A stretch of DNA of 64,000 nt from Candidatus Heimdallarchaeota archaeon (GCA_011364965.1 RDOB01000002.1:448001-512000); one strand, 5' to 3'; shown: positions 40,851-50,717, counted from the first letter of the stretch. Made by a program: numbers and translations. Notes: generated by a model from the sequence alone, not told the origin.

Positions 40851-42737
40851 ATGACGGCAAGTATTGAAACCATTGAAGCAAATAGTACAAAAGAAACCTA
40901 TCAAAGCGGATTGACTTGGAGGGTTGGCCTAGCAGTTATCTATTCAGCTTTAATTATCCAACCAGCAGCAATTTACTTGTATTTCGTAACTAATAATTGG
41001 TTTATAGGAGCAGTTTTAAACACTACAATAGTGCTTTTTGCTGTTCTAGCGAAAATGGCTGACAATCCATTAACCAAGCAAGAAGTGTTTATAATGATTA
41101 ACGTCACTTCTACTGCTTTAGGTATGGAAATGATTGTTCAATTGGTCTTTAATTACTATTTGAAAAATCACCCGATAACCATATCTACCCTTATAGATGG
41201 AGTCTCCCTTAGTACCTTAATTCCTAATTGGTATGCACCAGAATGGTTTGGCCCAGTTAGAACCATGTTTAATCCAGTTTTTATCTTCCCCCTTATATTA
41301 TTAATGTTTATAGGTATAATCTCTAAGGCTACAGATATTTCTCTAGGCATAATTTTCAATTATCTTTATACTAAAGTTGAAGTCCTTCCTTTTCCAACTG
41401 CAGAAGTCGAAGCTGAGCGTTCAAAATCATTAACTTGGGAGGATAAAAGAAAATTACAAATTTTTTCGATGAGTGCAATTATTGCAAGTGTAGTGGGAAT
41501 AATTTTGTATGCTTTCCCGTTAGTAATGGGTTTAACCATTATACCTATACCATGGTTTGATTTTAATTCAGCAATTGAAGGAATTATACCTGGAGCTTCG
41601 TTTGGTATTGCTACAGACATAATTACCTTCGCTACAGCTTTTATTTTACCTTTCAACGTTGTACTCAGTATATTAATTGCTTCAGTTTTTGTGAATATTA
41701 TTATGAATCCTGTATTAGTTTCAATGGGACTACTTCCTCGTTGGGAACGAGGAATGAGTCTATTAGACACATTTAATAATTCTCAATTAGATTTCTGGCT
41801 TCCTTGGACTGTAGGACTTTTGATAAGCGCTGCGCTGATTCCTGTTCTGAGAAATCCTAAAATATTCTTTACCACAATAAGGGATCTGCGGAAATTGAGT
41901 CGAGGAAAGGGAGAGGGAGTAGAGAATCCTCCAAGGCTGAGTATTTTGATATTCTTTTTTCTTCTCGGAACGGTAGGATCCGTTGCCATAGCAATGTTTT
42001 TAATTCCAAATTTATCTGTCCAGCTGATAATAATATTGCTTATATTAACAGTGGGGTGGAGTTTCATTTCAACGTTAACCATGGCTTATGCTTTTGGAAT
42101 CACAGCAAATCTACCTGTTATACCATATATCAAGGAATCAGTTTTTGTGGCTGCAGATGTTCCACTTGGAGGAGAAATTTGGTTTGTCCCTTTGATAATT
42201 ACTCAAGGTGGGGCTGGATGGGTTGCAACTTTCAAAACTGCAGATTTAACCTATACCAAACGAGGGAGTTTGATAATTGCGTCGTATTTTGCTACTTTGG
42301 TTGCTTGGACTGCTGGTCTTTTTTGGGTATCTGCATTGTTGTCAATCTCTGAAGTTCCCTCTGTGATTTTTCCAGTACCATTTTGGCCATTGGAGGTTGG
42401 CCGGTCGGTAACGTTTGTTAGTAATCCAACAGTCGTAATAAATCCTTTAATTCTTGGAATGACTTTTATTATAGCATTAATTCTATATATAATTGAATGG
42501 CAAGCGATTTTACCAATATCAGTCATATCTATTGCTGTTGGAACTACCACTGCAATCCCCTCTGCTATCACATTATTTCTAGGTGCATTATTAGGTCATG
42601 TTTTGAAGGGTCGAATGAAGAAATGGGATTCTGACCGTGCAATAGTTGTTGCTGGTCTTGGTGCTGGATTGGGGATAGTTATCTCTCTTGCAACCTTCTT
42701 ATCTTTAATACTAAACACAATAGCTTTACCTTTTTGA
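40851..42737 (+). CDS. OPT-superfamily-like polytopic membrane protein B
   Basis: About 16 TMs; SGLTWR, LTKQEV and VEVLPFPTAEV are shared with 34199-36388; IPSV.FP-like loop. Confidence 0.75.
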   Translation: MTASIETIEANSTKETYQSGLTWRVGLAVIYSALIIQPAAIYLYFVTNNWFIGAVLNTTIVLFAVLAKMADNPLTKQEVFIMINVTSTALGMEMIVQLVFNYYLKNHPITISTLIDGVSLSTLIPNWYAPEWFGPVRTMFNPVFIFPLILLMFIGIISKATDISLGIIFNYLYTKVEVLPFPTAEVEAERSKSLTWEDKRKLQIFSMSAIIASVVGIILYAFPLVMGLTIIPIPWFDFNSAIEGIIPGASFGIATDIITFATAFILPFNVVLSILIASVFVNIIMNPVLVSMGLLPRWERGMSLLDTFNNSQLDFWLPWTVGLLISAALIPVLRNPKIFFTTIRDLRKLSRGKGEGVENPPRLSILIFFFLLGTVGSVAIAMFLIPNLSVQLIIILLILTVGWSFISTLTMAYAFGITANLPVIPYIKESVFVAADVPLGGEIWFVPLIITQGGAGWVATFKTADLTYTKRGSLIIASYFATLVAWTAGLFWVSALLSISEVPSVIFPVPFWPLEVGRSVTFVSNPTVVINPLILGMTFIIALILYIIEWQAILPISVISIAVGTTTAIPSAITLFLGALLGHVLKGRMKKWDSDRAIVVAGLGAGLGIVISLATFLSLILNTIALPF

Positions 42738-42754
42738 GAATAGAATCGACAATA

Positions 42755-43438
42755 TTAGATTCTACTCTCAATCATTTTTGTGACCTTTTCTAAATGGGTC
42801 GTTGTGATTTCCAACGCTTGAATGATTGAATCAATAGTCATTACGAATCTCTTTTTTCTTACGATTCCTTCAAGGTATTTCTCAAGTGTGATATTCCAAA
42901 TAATTGATGAAGGAGATTTGAAGTATTTCTTGAATTCTAATAGATATTGTTCGGGATCTTTCGTATTTATCAGTGGAGAATAAAGCTGAATATTCAAACT
43001 TTCTGGTTTAATATTCTTCAAGTGCGTCTGAAGGTCAATATCCTGCGTTAACAGTTCAGAAAGTGCATCAGAGATCATTAAATTCGGTATTTCTTGTTTT
43101 AAGTATGTTAAGCTAGAAGAACTTGTGAAATAGTAATATTTCTTTATAACTCCTCTTTGCTTTAATTCACACTCCACTCCTTTTAGACCTTGAAATAAAA
43201 ATTTATCTTGATTGGTAAACTCTTCTTCAGAAACGAGAGTTTTTGAAGCTATAAATTGCCATGATTTATCAGCAGAATATGAAAGACGTTTAGGTCTTAA
43301 AAGTATTGAATCAAACGAAGATCTATCAAATGGAATTAGTACACTCCCTCCAATATTTGAAATTTGTAATTCGCCATATTTACCCAGATATTTCGCAAAT
43401 GGGACAAGTAAGATATCGGAATAGGAATCTGTCATCAT
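42755..43438 (-). CDS. Hypothetical protein
   Basis: 227 aa ORF filling the gap; no motif recognised. Confidence 0.6.
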   Translation of the reverse strand: MMTDSYSDILLVPFAKYLGKYGELQISNIGGSVLIPFDRSSFDSILLRPKRLSYSADKSWQFIASKTLVSEEEFTNQDKFLFQGLKGVECELKQRGVIKKYYYFTSSSSLTYLKQEIPNLMISDALSELLTQDIDLQTHLKNIKPESLNIQLYSPLINTKDPEQYLLEFKKYFKSPSSIIWNITLEKYLEGIVRKKRFVMTIDSIIQALEITTTHLEKVTKMIESRI

Positions 43439-43613
43439 TCTAACCGTTCATTTTTGATTATTATCCTAAGGTCACTCTAGAAGGTATTAGGTATTTACTT
43501 TTGATGTAGCTTATACCCATATCAATTACCCATTTACCGCTATAGAGAGAAATAATTTTAAATTTAGCAAAAATTACTTTGTGAATTATTGAAATCTGTA
43601 ATGGAGGATTAAA

Positions 43614-45836
43614 ATGAGAAATATCAGGTCTGGAATCGTAATTCTTATTTTTTTAAGCTTAATCTCACTTCAAGTATATAATGTCAGTAATAATTTGAGA
43701 GATGACCAAGGTCTTAATTCCCCCCTTCCTTCTCTCAGTACAAAACAAGCTGATATATTAAAGATAGATATTCAAGTAACTGCCCCAAATGGTTATTCAA
43801 TGCAAGGAAATACTCCAATCATATTGAAACTTTCAACTATAGCTGCACAATTACCTGGAGGATACGATGCATTTGGTGATACAACACCTGCAGACTCCAC
43901 TGACAACATAAAATGGACAGGATCTTATGTAACTTATGAAAATGATATTATTCCAAGTCAAGTTGATGATATTGATAGTACGATCGGATATTCTGCTGAT
44001 GATGAATTTTTGTTTCAGCTTCCGAGCGATGTTTCTTTAGCATCAGGTGAATCGACTGATTTCGCACTTTATATTGGTACAGAAGAATTAAATTTACCAG
44101 AGCCGATTTTCCCTGAAACATGTCCTATCTATGACTATCCGGAATTGAAAGAAGTACAACAAAGATTCCCAGATATGCTTGGAACAGTTTACAATCTTGA
44201 TAACGGAAAGATAAGGGTTAGCGCTCTTGTTGATGCTGCTTGGAGTTCTGGCGGTATGTATCATCTTGCTTTAACCGATGAATTAGGTGAAAACACTTGG
44301 GATGCTATTAAACAAGGTTTTCTTGAAGACTGGGAAGCTTGGAAATGGGCTCGTTTTGCTACAGTCGAGCAATTTATAGAACTAAACGATGCTGCAGGTT
44401 CTAATCCCTTTTATTTACCAGATCCAAGTAGAACATCATTGATAAGTGGGCCTGTGAGATGTCGGATACAAATGCGCTCAACTCCTCCTTATGGTAAAGC
44501 TGCTTCATCTTGGGGAACCATTCCAAATCTCTATGGACTTGTTACATATAATCTTTTTGCCAACTTACCGTATGTAGACTATATATTAGATACAACAGGA
44601 TCAGCTAAAGATGAACATCCAACACTAATTATAGAGCTTCAAAACCGGGAATTTAATCCTGGAGGATACGGAAGTCCTTATAAGGGGTTATATTTTCCAG
44701 GATATGGCTGGCAGGATCGTTCACCTGATGATTTGGACACACATATAGCCACATCTTCCGATTTTACTGACCCTTGGTATATTGAAAAATTACCGCCAGG
44801 TGAGATAATGAATCCTGACTGGGCAGATTCTGACAAGCTAGGTGTTGGAATTATTTTTAATGATGCTGGTCTATCTAATATCACATGGAAACGAGGCTCT
44901 GAAAGCGTAAATCTTGTTTATGATGCAGCAGAGATTCCTTTGCATGCGAGATATCTTCCCTATGACGTTACTGTTACAGATGATGCAATATCGTATATGG
45001 AGGCAGCATATGAGGAATGGCTACGACCTGATCCAGATTTCTCCTTTTCTGTTTCTACTGTAAATGAATTACCTTTTGAAGCCATCTTCGTGAGTAGACC
45101 TGATGTTTATTATGACAATAACACTAACCTCATCCAAATTGAGAATATTACGGCTATTTCGACACAACTTGGGGTTATTAATAATACCATTTCTTCCACT
45201 CATACCTATGAGGTGGTAACTGCTCGTCAAAAGACCTCTACGGGACTAACCGGAGATCTTATTTGGAATTCGACAACTTCTTCTTGGGAAGTAACAAATG
45301 TGGATGTTTCTTCATTAGATCTTGAAATAGCCTATACGGTTTTCGCTACATTCCAAATAGGCGAAATCATTGGTAAAAGTCCGTATTCAAAATCCTTTCC
45401 AGAGATTCCTGATATTTATGCACCCACTATTACGAGCGTCATCCAATCACCTATGGCTACCGCAATTATCCGGCACACAGATGAGGTGAACGTCTCTGCT
45501 CTTGTTACAGATGATGATTCAGGAGTTGAGAAAGTCATTTTATCCTATAATAACGGTGAATGGTTCAATATAACAATGTCCTTAATTTCAGGGCTTTATG
45601 TTGGAACAATCCCTCCTCAAGATGAAGGATTAACAATCTGGTACAAAATCATTGCATACGATTATGAAGGAAACTGGAATGATACAGATCTATTTTCCTA
45701 TACAATAGCGATTGAATATCGGCCAGGGCAAGGATTACTTCCATTGCTTGGAATTTCTGCAATTATTATAATTGCAGTAGTAGTTGCCTTGAGAACAATG
45801 GGAATGCATCGCATTAAATACGATCAGGTTGAATAG
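43614..45836 (+). CDS. Secreted, C-terminally anchored surface protein; paralog of 46126-47583, with an extra Ig-like domain
   Basis: GGAGG RBS, signal peptide, PSQVDD...DEFLFQLP...GES..F.LY, GPVR, C-terminal TM. Confidence 0.75.
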   Translation: MRNIRSGIVILIFLSLISLQVYNVSNNLRDDQGLNSPLPSLSTKQADILKIDIQVTAPNGYSMQGNTPIILKLSTIAAQLPGGYDAFGDTTPADSTDNIKWTGSYVTYENDIIPSQVDDIDSTIGYSADDEFLFQLPSDVSLASGESTDFALYIGTEELNLPEPIFPETCPIYDYPELKEVQQRFPDMLGTVYNLDNGKIRVSALVDAAWSSGGMYHLALTDELGENTWDAIKQGFLEDWEAWKWARFATVEQFIELNDAAGSNPFYLPDPSRTSLISGPVRCRIQMRSTPPYGKAASSWGTIPNLYGLVTYNLFANLPYVDYILDTTGSAKDEHPTLIIELQNREFNPGGYGSPYKGLYFPGYGWQDRSPDDLDTHIATSSDFTDPWYIEKLPPGEIMNPDWADSDKLGVGIIFNDAGLSNITWKRGSESVNLVYDAAEIPLHARYLPYDVTVTDDAISYMEAAYEEWLRPDPDFSFSVSTVNELPFEAIFVSRPDVYYDNNTNLIQIENITAISTQLGVINNTISSTHTYEVVTARQKTSTGLTGDLIWNSTTSSWEVTNVDVSSLDLEIAYTVFATFQIGEIIGKSPYSKSFPEIPDIYAPTITSVIQSPMATAIIRHTDEVNVSALVTDDDSGVEKVILSYNNGEWFNITMSLISGLYVGTIPPQDEGLTIWYKIIAYDYEGNWNDTDLFSYTIAIEYRPGQGLLPLLGISAIIIIAVVVALRTMGMHRIKYDQVE

Positions 45837-46125
45837 ATAACTGAGAATCTTTAATAAGCAGAAAGTTAAGATTCTCAACCTTTTTCTATTTTTTTTTGAA
45901 TTCAATATTGATAGAGAAGTGTCTATCTTTTCCATTATTAAGGTAAACTCGAATTAGCTTAATCTCTTACTTCACCCATATAATTGATACGGCTTAAAAT
46001 CCAATCTAATCTGGAAAATCTATCGTTAAACTTAAATAAGAATATACGTATCAGTTCCCGTTGTTAGAGAAGATAATCCTAACAATGAATTGAGATAAAA
46101 CTCGTCTTGAAAAGAGGAGAATCTA

Positions 46126-47583
46126 ATGCGAAAGAATAAATTAGCTTTTTCATTCTTGTTTGCTGCGATCTTTTTGTCACTCTTTGTTGTACCCACAATC
46201 GTTAGTGCTGCAGAGGGTAAAAAAGTAGCTGTGTTCAAAGTGACCGCAGGAACAGATGATATAGTAGCAAAAACCCCCATCGTTATCAAAGTTGAGGATT
46301 TACCAGAAGGGGTTACTGCATTAGCAACTGCAGTTGTATATGATGGAAGTGATGCTTTACCCACTCAAGCAGATAATTTGTACGGTGATAGTGCCATTGA
46401 TGAAATAGTATTCCAATTACCCGAAACGATTGCTGCAGGTGAATCTGCATCTTTTACACTCTATGTGGACGAAGAAGCATCTAATAATGGACAAAATGCT
46501 AGCGCTACCATTGATCTTGCACATGAGGATCATTATAATGAAACTTATGAGAATTGGCTACCTGCTGCTTATGTAGCAGGTTATAAGAATGCTTCTGGTT
46601 ATGCACCAGCAGTCGATGAAGTTGGTGAAGTGATTTGGGTTGAAACTGACTGGGCTATTCTATGTTTATATGTATCTGCTGGTTGGCGTCAGGGAACATG
46701 GAAGCATGCTTACATTAAAAACTCCAATCATGATGCATTAATGGCAAATTATGATCCTTGGACTGATTGGCGTTGGCAATGGCTTCGTTTTGGATACGAA
46801 TCCGATTATGGTTGGCATAACGGAGATTACCCAGATGAGGTTATGATTGCTAAAGTAGGACCTGTAAGAGCTGTAGTACAGACAAAAACTGGAGTTGGTT
46901 ATGTTGGACCCACAGGAAACGTTGATAATCTAAAATTACTCCGAACCTATACAATTTATAGTGGTTTCCAAGGTTTGAGGCAAAATATCCGTATGACTGG
47001 TTCGGATGCTGCTCAAGCTGCCACTGATTTTACTGCCCTGTATAATGGAGAAAACCTCACATTCGTTAGTAAATGGATGGACTTCGGTGTAGAAAGCACA
47101 GATGATCCTTGGGTTTATGTAGCCACTGGAAATAAATACGATCGAGTATATTCTCCAGGAACACCTAATGCTGGAGGAAATTCAAACCGTCAGAATGGTG
47201 ATAACCAGTATCTTGAACTAGCTGAGATGGAAGATTCGTATTTTGCTATGTACAGTAGTACTACCAATAATGGATATGTTATCAACTTCGGACTCAATTT
47301 TACCTGGATCATGGATTACGTTGTTGGTATTGATTGGTCGGATGGAGAAATTGTCGTTAAGCAAGAATACGATAAATTCCCATTAACTGGTGTTGAGCGA
47401 GTTTTCATTCCGTTTGGCGGATCTACCACTGATGTTGAGGCAAAAATTGATGGTTTGAATGCTATGTGGACTGCTGACTTTTCCTATGAAGTTACCAAAC
47501 CTGCTCCCGCTCCTGGATTCGAGCTTTTCGTTGGATTGTTTGCCTTCGCTGCTATAGCAATCTTTTATAAAAAGAGGAGATAA
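46126..47583 (+). CDS. Surface protein with a PGF-CTERM-type anchor; Trp/Tyr-rich, possibly carbohydrate-binding
   Basis: Signal peptide, PTQADN...DEIVFQLP...GES.SF.LY, GPVR, PAPGFE followed by TM and KKRR. Confidence 0.78.
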   Translation: MRKNKLAFSFLFAAIFLSLFVVPTIVSAAEGKKVAVFKVTAGTDDIVAKTPIVIKVEDLPEGVTALATAVVYDGSDALPTQADNLYGDSAIDEIVFQLPETIAAGESASFTLYVDEEASNNGQNASATIDLAHEDHYNETYENWLPAAYVAGYKNASGYAPAVDEVGEVIWVETDWAILCLYVSAGWRQGTWKHAYIKNSNHDALMANYDPWTDWRWQWLRFGYESDYGWHNGDYPDEVMIAKVGPVRAVVQTKTGVGYVGPTGNVDNLKLLRTYTIYSGFQGLRQNIRMTGSDAAQAATDFTALYNGENLTFVSKWMDFGVESTDDPWVYVATGNKYDRVYSPGTPNAGGNSNRQNGDNQYLELAEMEDSYFAMYSSTTNNGYVINFGLNFTWIMDYVVGIDWSDGEIVVKQEYDKFPLTGVERVFIPFGGSTTDVEAKIDGLNAMWTADFSYEVTKPAPAPGFELFVGLFAFAAIAIFYKKRR

Positions 47584-47612
47584 ATCCTCTCCTTCCCCCT
47601 TTTTTTATAATT

Positions 47613-47834
47613 TTAGGTTAAAATTACCCATGTTTCTTTATCTTTGGTTAATTCTTTCACAATTTCTTTCTCTTTTAGTAGTTCTAGTGCTTTCAAGAAG
47701 TATATATTTGCTAGTTTAGTCTGTTTCTTCAACTCCAACATTGAAAGTTTTTTTTTATTATGTTCTAATGTTTCAAGAATTGTACCTTGACTCATTCCAA
47801 GAATTCGAGAAGGAATTACATTTGCAGACATCAT
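47613..47834 (-). CDS. Small winged-helix protein
   Basis: ILETL...LSMLELKKQTKL....KALELLKEKEIV pattern; last gene of the GH130 operon. Confidence 0.6.
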   Translation of the reverse strand: MMSANVIPSRILGMSQGTILETLEHNKKKLSMLELKKQTKLANIYFLKALELLKEKEIVKELTKDKETWVILT

Positions 47835-47846
47835 TAAAACCTTATT

Positions 47847-48743
47847 CTAAAGAGCTTGCAGGAGTTTTGTTTTGTCAATGAAAGCGACTGCTATACATTT
47901 ATCAGCAGCTCCATAATAAACCAAAAATTTCTTATCTTTCTCGACCACTCCACAAGTAAAACAAACATTTGGTACGTCTCCTTCCTTTTCGTAATCTAAT
48001 TCAGGCTTTAAAATCGGATCCTCGATAATACTAATAATCTTCGTGGGATCCTTCAGATCAAGAAGCATTACTCCTAAACTATAATGTAATTCCTTACTTA
48101 CACCATGATAGAAATTCACCCATCCTTCATCTGTTTTAATTGGGGGTGCTCCTGCACCTACTTTGAAATCTTGCCAAGAGTTTTTGATAGGAGAGAAGAA
48201 TTTTTTATGATCCGTCCAATTTTTCAGATCTTTTGAGTATGCAATCCACATATCAGGTTCTGGTGCTCGATGCATTAGTGCATAACGTCCATTTATTTTC
48301 TCTGGAAATAATACTCCATCTTTATCACGATACTCATTAATTACTGTTCCATATTTTTTGAATGTTTTGAAGTCAGAGGTTGAAGCAATTCCTATATGGA
48401 AATCCACATCCCCTGCGGGAACAGGTGTTCGAACTGCGGTATAACAGATGTAATATTTTCCTTCCAACCATGTTATGCGGGGATCCTCGACTCCATACTT
48501 TTCAAATGGTTCCTCTGGTACCATTACGGGTTCTGGTCGTGCTTTAAAATTATAACCATCATCACTCTCTGCCAAACCTAAAGTGGAAATATACGTTTCA
48601 TAATTTCCAATTGCACGATATAATAAAATTATTTTTTCTTTGAATAGCGTTGCTCCGCAGTTAAAAACTGCACCTTGTTGCCATTCATAATTAGGATTCG
48701 GTTTCAATACTGGATTTTTCTTATAACGCTCTAAATATACCAT
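47847..48743 (-). CDS. GH130 family glycosidase / beta-mannoside phosphorylase-like
   Basis: AVFNCGA, LLYRA, GVEDPRIT, DKDGVLFPEKINGRYALMHR, KVGAGAPPIKT, GDVPNVCF, YYGAAD. Confidence 0.93.
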   Translation of the reverse strand: MVYLERYKKNPVLKPNPNYEWQQGAVFNCGATLFKEKIILLYRAIGNYETYISTLGLAESDDGYNFKARPEPVMVPEEPFEKYGVEDPRITWLEGKYYICYTAVRTPVPAGDVDFHIGIASTSDFKTFKKYGTVINEYRDKDGVLFPEKINGRYALMHRAPEPDMWIAYSKDLKNWTDHKKFFSPIKNSWQDFKVGAGAPPIKTDEGWVNFYHGVSKELHYSLGVMLLDLKDPTKIISIIEDPILKPELDYEKEGDVPNVCFTCGVVEKDKKFLVYYGAADKCIAVAFIDKTKLLQAL

Positions 48744-48767
48744 TTTATTTTCATTCCTTTCAATATT

Positions 48768-50717
48768 TCATTTTTTTGGTTGTAATATCTTTACAAAGAA
48801 TATTGTAAGTACAATTAAAGATCCTATTAGAAAGATTATGATTGGCACTGATTCTTCAAGCGAAGGATAATGACTTTGGGGAGTTGTTGTTGCAGTTGTA
48901 GTACTTGTTTCTGTTAATATTGCGCTTGATGTAGCAGTTGTTAACCAATTGGTTTCCTTTGGAGTATATTCGAAAGAAATCATATTATCGGAATTAATTG
49001 TCAAATAAGATGATCCTAAACTAGGAAGAGTTATATTAAATGCCTCTCCTGGTTGGATGTTCTCTAATAAAAGAGACCCATTCGCATAAATATTATAAGG
49101 GGCATTCATTTGCTTTAAAGTGAATTCTAAGGTCTTTGATTCGGTATATGGATTAAAAACAATAAATTGTCGTCGATTTGGAGTGGTTGGATAGCCACGA
49201 TCAAATATATTAAGATTTAGAATCATTGCATTCCTATCAGATGATTCAGCAAGGGCTTCAAATAGTAACATCAGCCAAAAAGTTTCCCCAGCACCATAGA
49301 TCTCTTTACCATTGTAGCCAGTTAAATAACGATAACTTTCTGGTTCATATTCTCTCACGGCATAATAATCGATATCCTCATATGGGATATACTGCAGACT
49401 TGTAGGTCCAAAAGGTCTTTCCTGTTCATCAGGGATATTCGGAGAGAAAAAGTAGAAATGATTGATCCTATTAAGATTGAAGATTTTTAGTGGTTCAATG
49501 GCTTTAAAATTTGGGATTTTATATAAGAATTTGAATAAATCTACCCAAAAAATTATACTTTCGATATTTTCTTTTGCAGCAGGTGCATTAATTCCCCCAG
49601 TTTCTTTAGGATTATAATAAGGTGAATAAAGGCCGTCCCGCCACGTTAAAGGAAGCCAATCACTTGATTGAGGATAAAAATTTTCTAATCCAGTTGAGCC
49701 ATGGTTATAGTACATTGCTTGCTGTTCTGCATAAAAGAATTCTAAAGCTAATTGAACAAAGTCTCTAGGAGTATCGATAATGTCATCAATTAAATCATAT
49801 TGAATTAATTTCGCAGATGCCGCAACTGCAGCTGCTAACTCTTGTGGTTCATATAATAGCATATAAGGTGGTTGAACCAAACGCATTGTAGCTAAAATTT
49901 TATCTGCTTCCTCTAATAAAGTGATATTTCCTGTTAGTTCATATGCAGTTATCAAACTATATGCTAATAAACCTCCAGTACAGTAGTTTACAGTATTATA
50001 TCCACTTGCAGCATATTTAGTTATGGGGTCAACAAATTGAGGAAAGAGATAATTAAAATTATGTGCCATATCTATGGCTGACTGTAAGCTCCCAAAATAG
50101 GGTTCACCTAATACAGTTTCATTAGAAATCGAATAAAGATGTCCCCATTTTAGTACCGAGTTTTCCATGAAATACCAACTATCATGCTTTCCCTCATTTG
50201 GACGATTAGTCGATTGTTTAGTAATAGGATTATAATAATCGGGTAAATCATTTATCATGTCCTCTAATATATTCATACGAGATGTATTTGATGGAAATAA
50301 ACGCAAATATTGATATAACGGCCAGATTACATCCATTGTACTCATTAATTCAACAATTTCACGTATTCTATCAGCACCTCCCCATCCGTCTGTACCTTTA
50401 ACATAGGGCCTGAATCCCTTGATATTAGTAATAGGTTCAATTATCCAGCTAAGATCAAAGATCATTAAATCTTCTATACTCTTCTCCGCATAATCTGTCC
50501 ATGATGTTGCATTTTCTGGAAAATTACTATAACTTGGCAAAGTTTCTAAATCCGTCTTCTTTTGAGAAATCATTGCTTCCCAAGTGGTTTGAAAAGTGTC
50601 AGAGCTTTGATCAATTTGAAAAAAATTAGAACTCGGAGTAATAAACGGAAGAATAAAAATACAAAGGAATCCTCCGGTAATAAATATTGTAGTTGTTTTT
50701 CTATTCACGTTAATCAT
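48768..50717 (-). CDS. Secreted, membrane-anchored putative (alpha/alpha)6-barrel glycoside-hydrolase-like protein; paralog of 31486-33921
   Basis: Signal peptide, AYELTGNITLLEEA, Thr-rich linker and C-terminal TM; shared DSWYF, KEN.ESI and G.EIYGAGE motifs. Confidence 0.7.
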   Translation of the reverse strand: MINVNRKTTTIFITGGFLCIFILPFITPSSNFFQIDQSSDTFQTTWEAMISQKKTDLETLPSYSNFPENATSWTDYAEKSIEDLMIFDLSWIIEPITNIKGFRPYVKGTDGWGGADRIREIVELMSTMDVIWPLYQYLRLFPSNTSRMNILEDMINDLPDYYNPITKQSTNRPNEGKHDSWYFMENSVLKWGHLYSISNETVLGEPYFGSLQSAIDMAHNFNYLFPQFVDPITKYAASGYNTVNYCTGGLLAYSLITAYELTGNITLLEEADKILATMRLVQPPYMLLYEPQELAAAVAASAKLIQYDLIDDIIDTPRDFVQLALEFFYAEQQAMYYNHGSTGLENFYPQSSDWLPLTWRDGLYSPYYNPKETGGINAPAAKENIESIIFWVDLFKFLYKIPNFKAIEPLKIFNLNRINHFYFFSPNIPDEQERPFGPTSLQYIPYEDIDYYAVREYEPESYRYLTGYNGKEIYGAGETFWLMLLFEALAESSDRNAMILNLNIFDRGYPTTPNRRQFIVFNPYTESKTLEFTLKQMNAPYNIYANGSLLLENIQPGEAFNITLPSLGSSYLTINSDNMISFEYTPKETNWLTTATSSAILTETSTTTATTTPQSHYPSLEESVPIIIFLIGSLIVLTIFFVKILQPKK

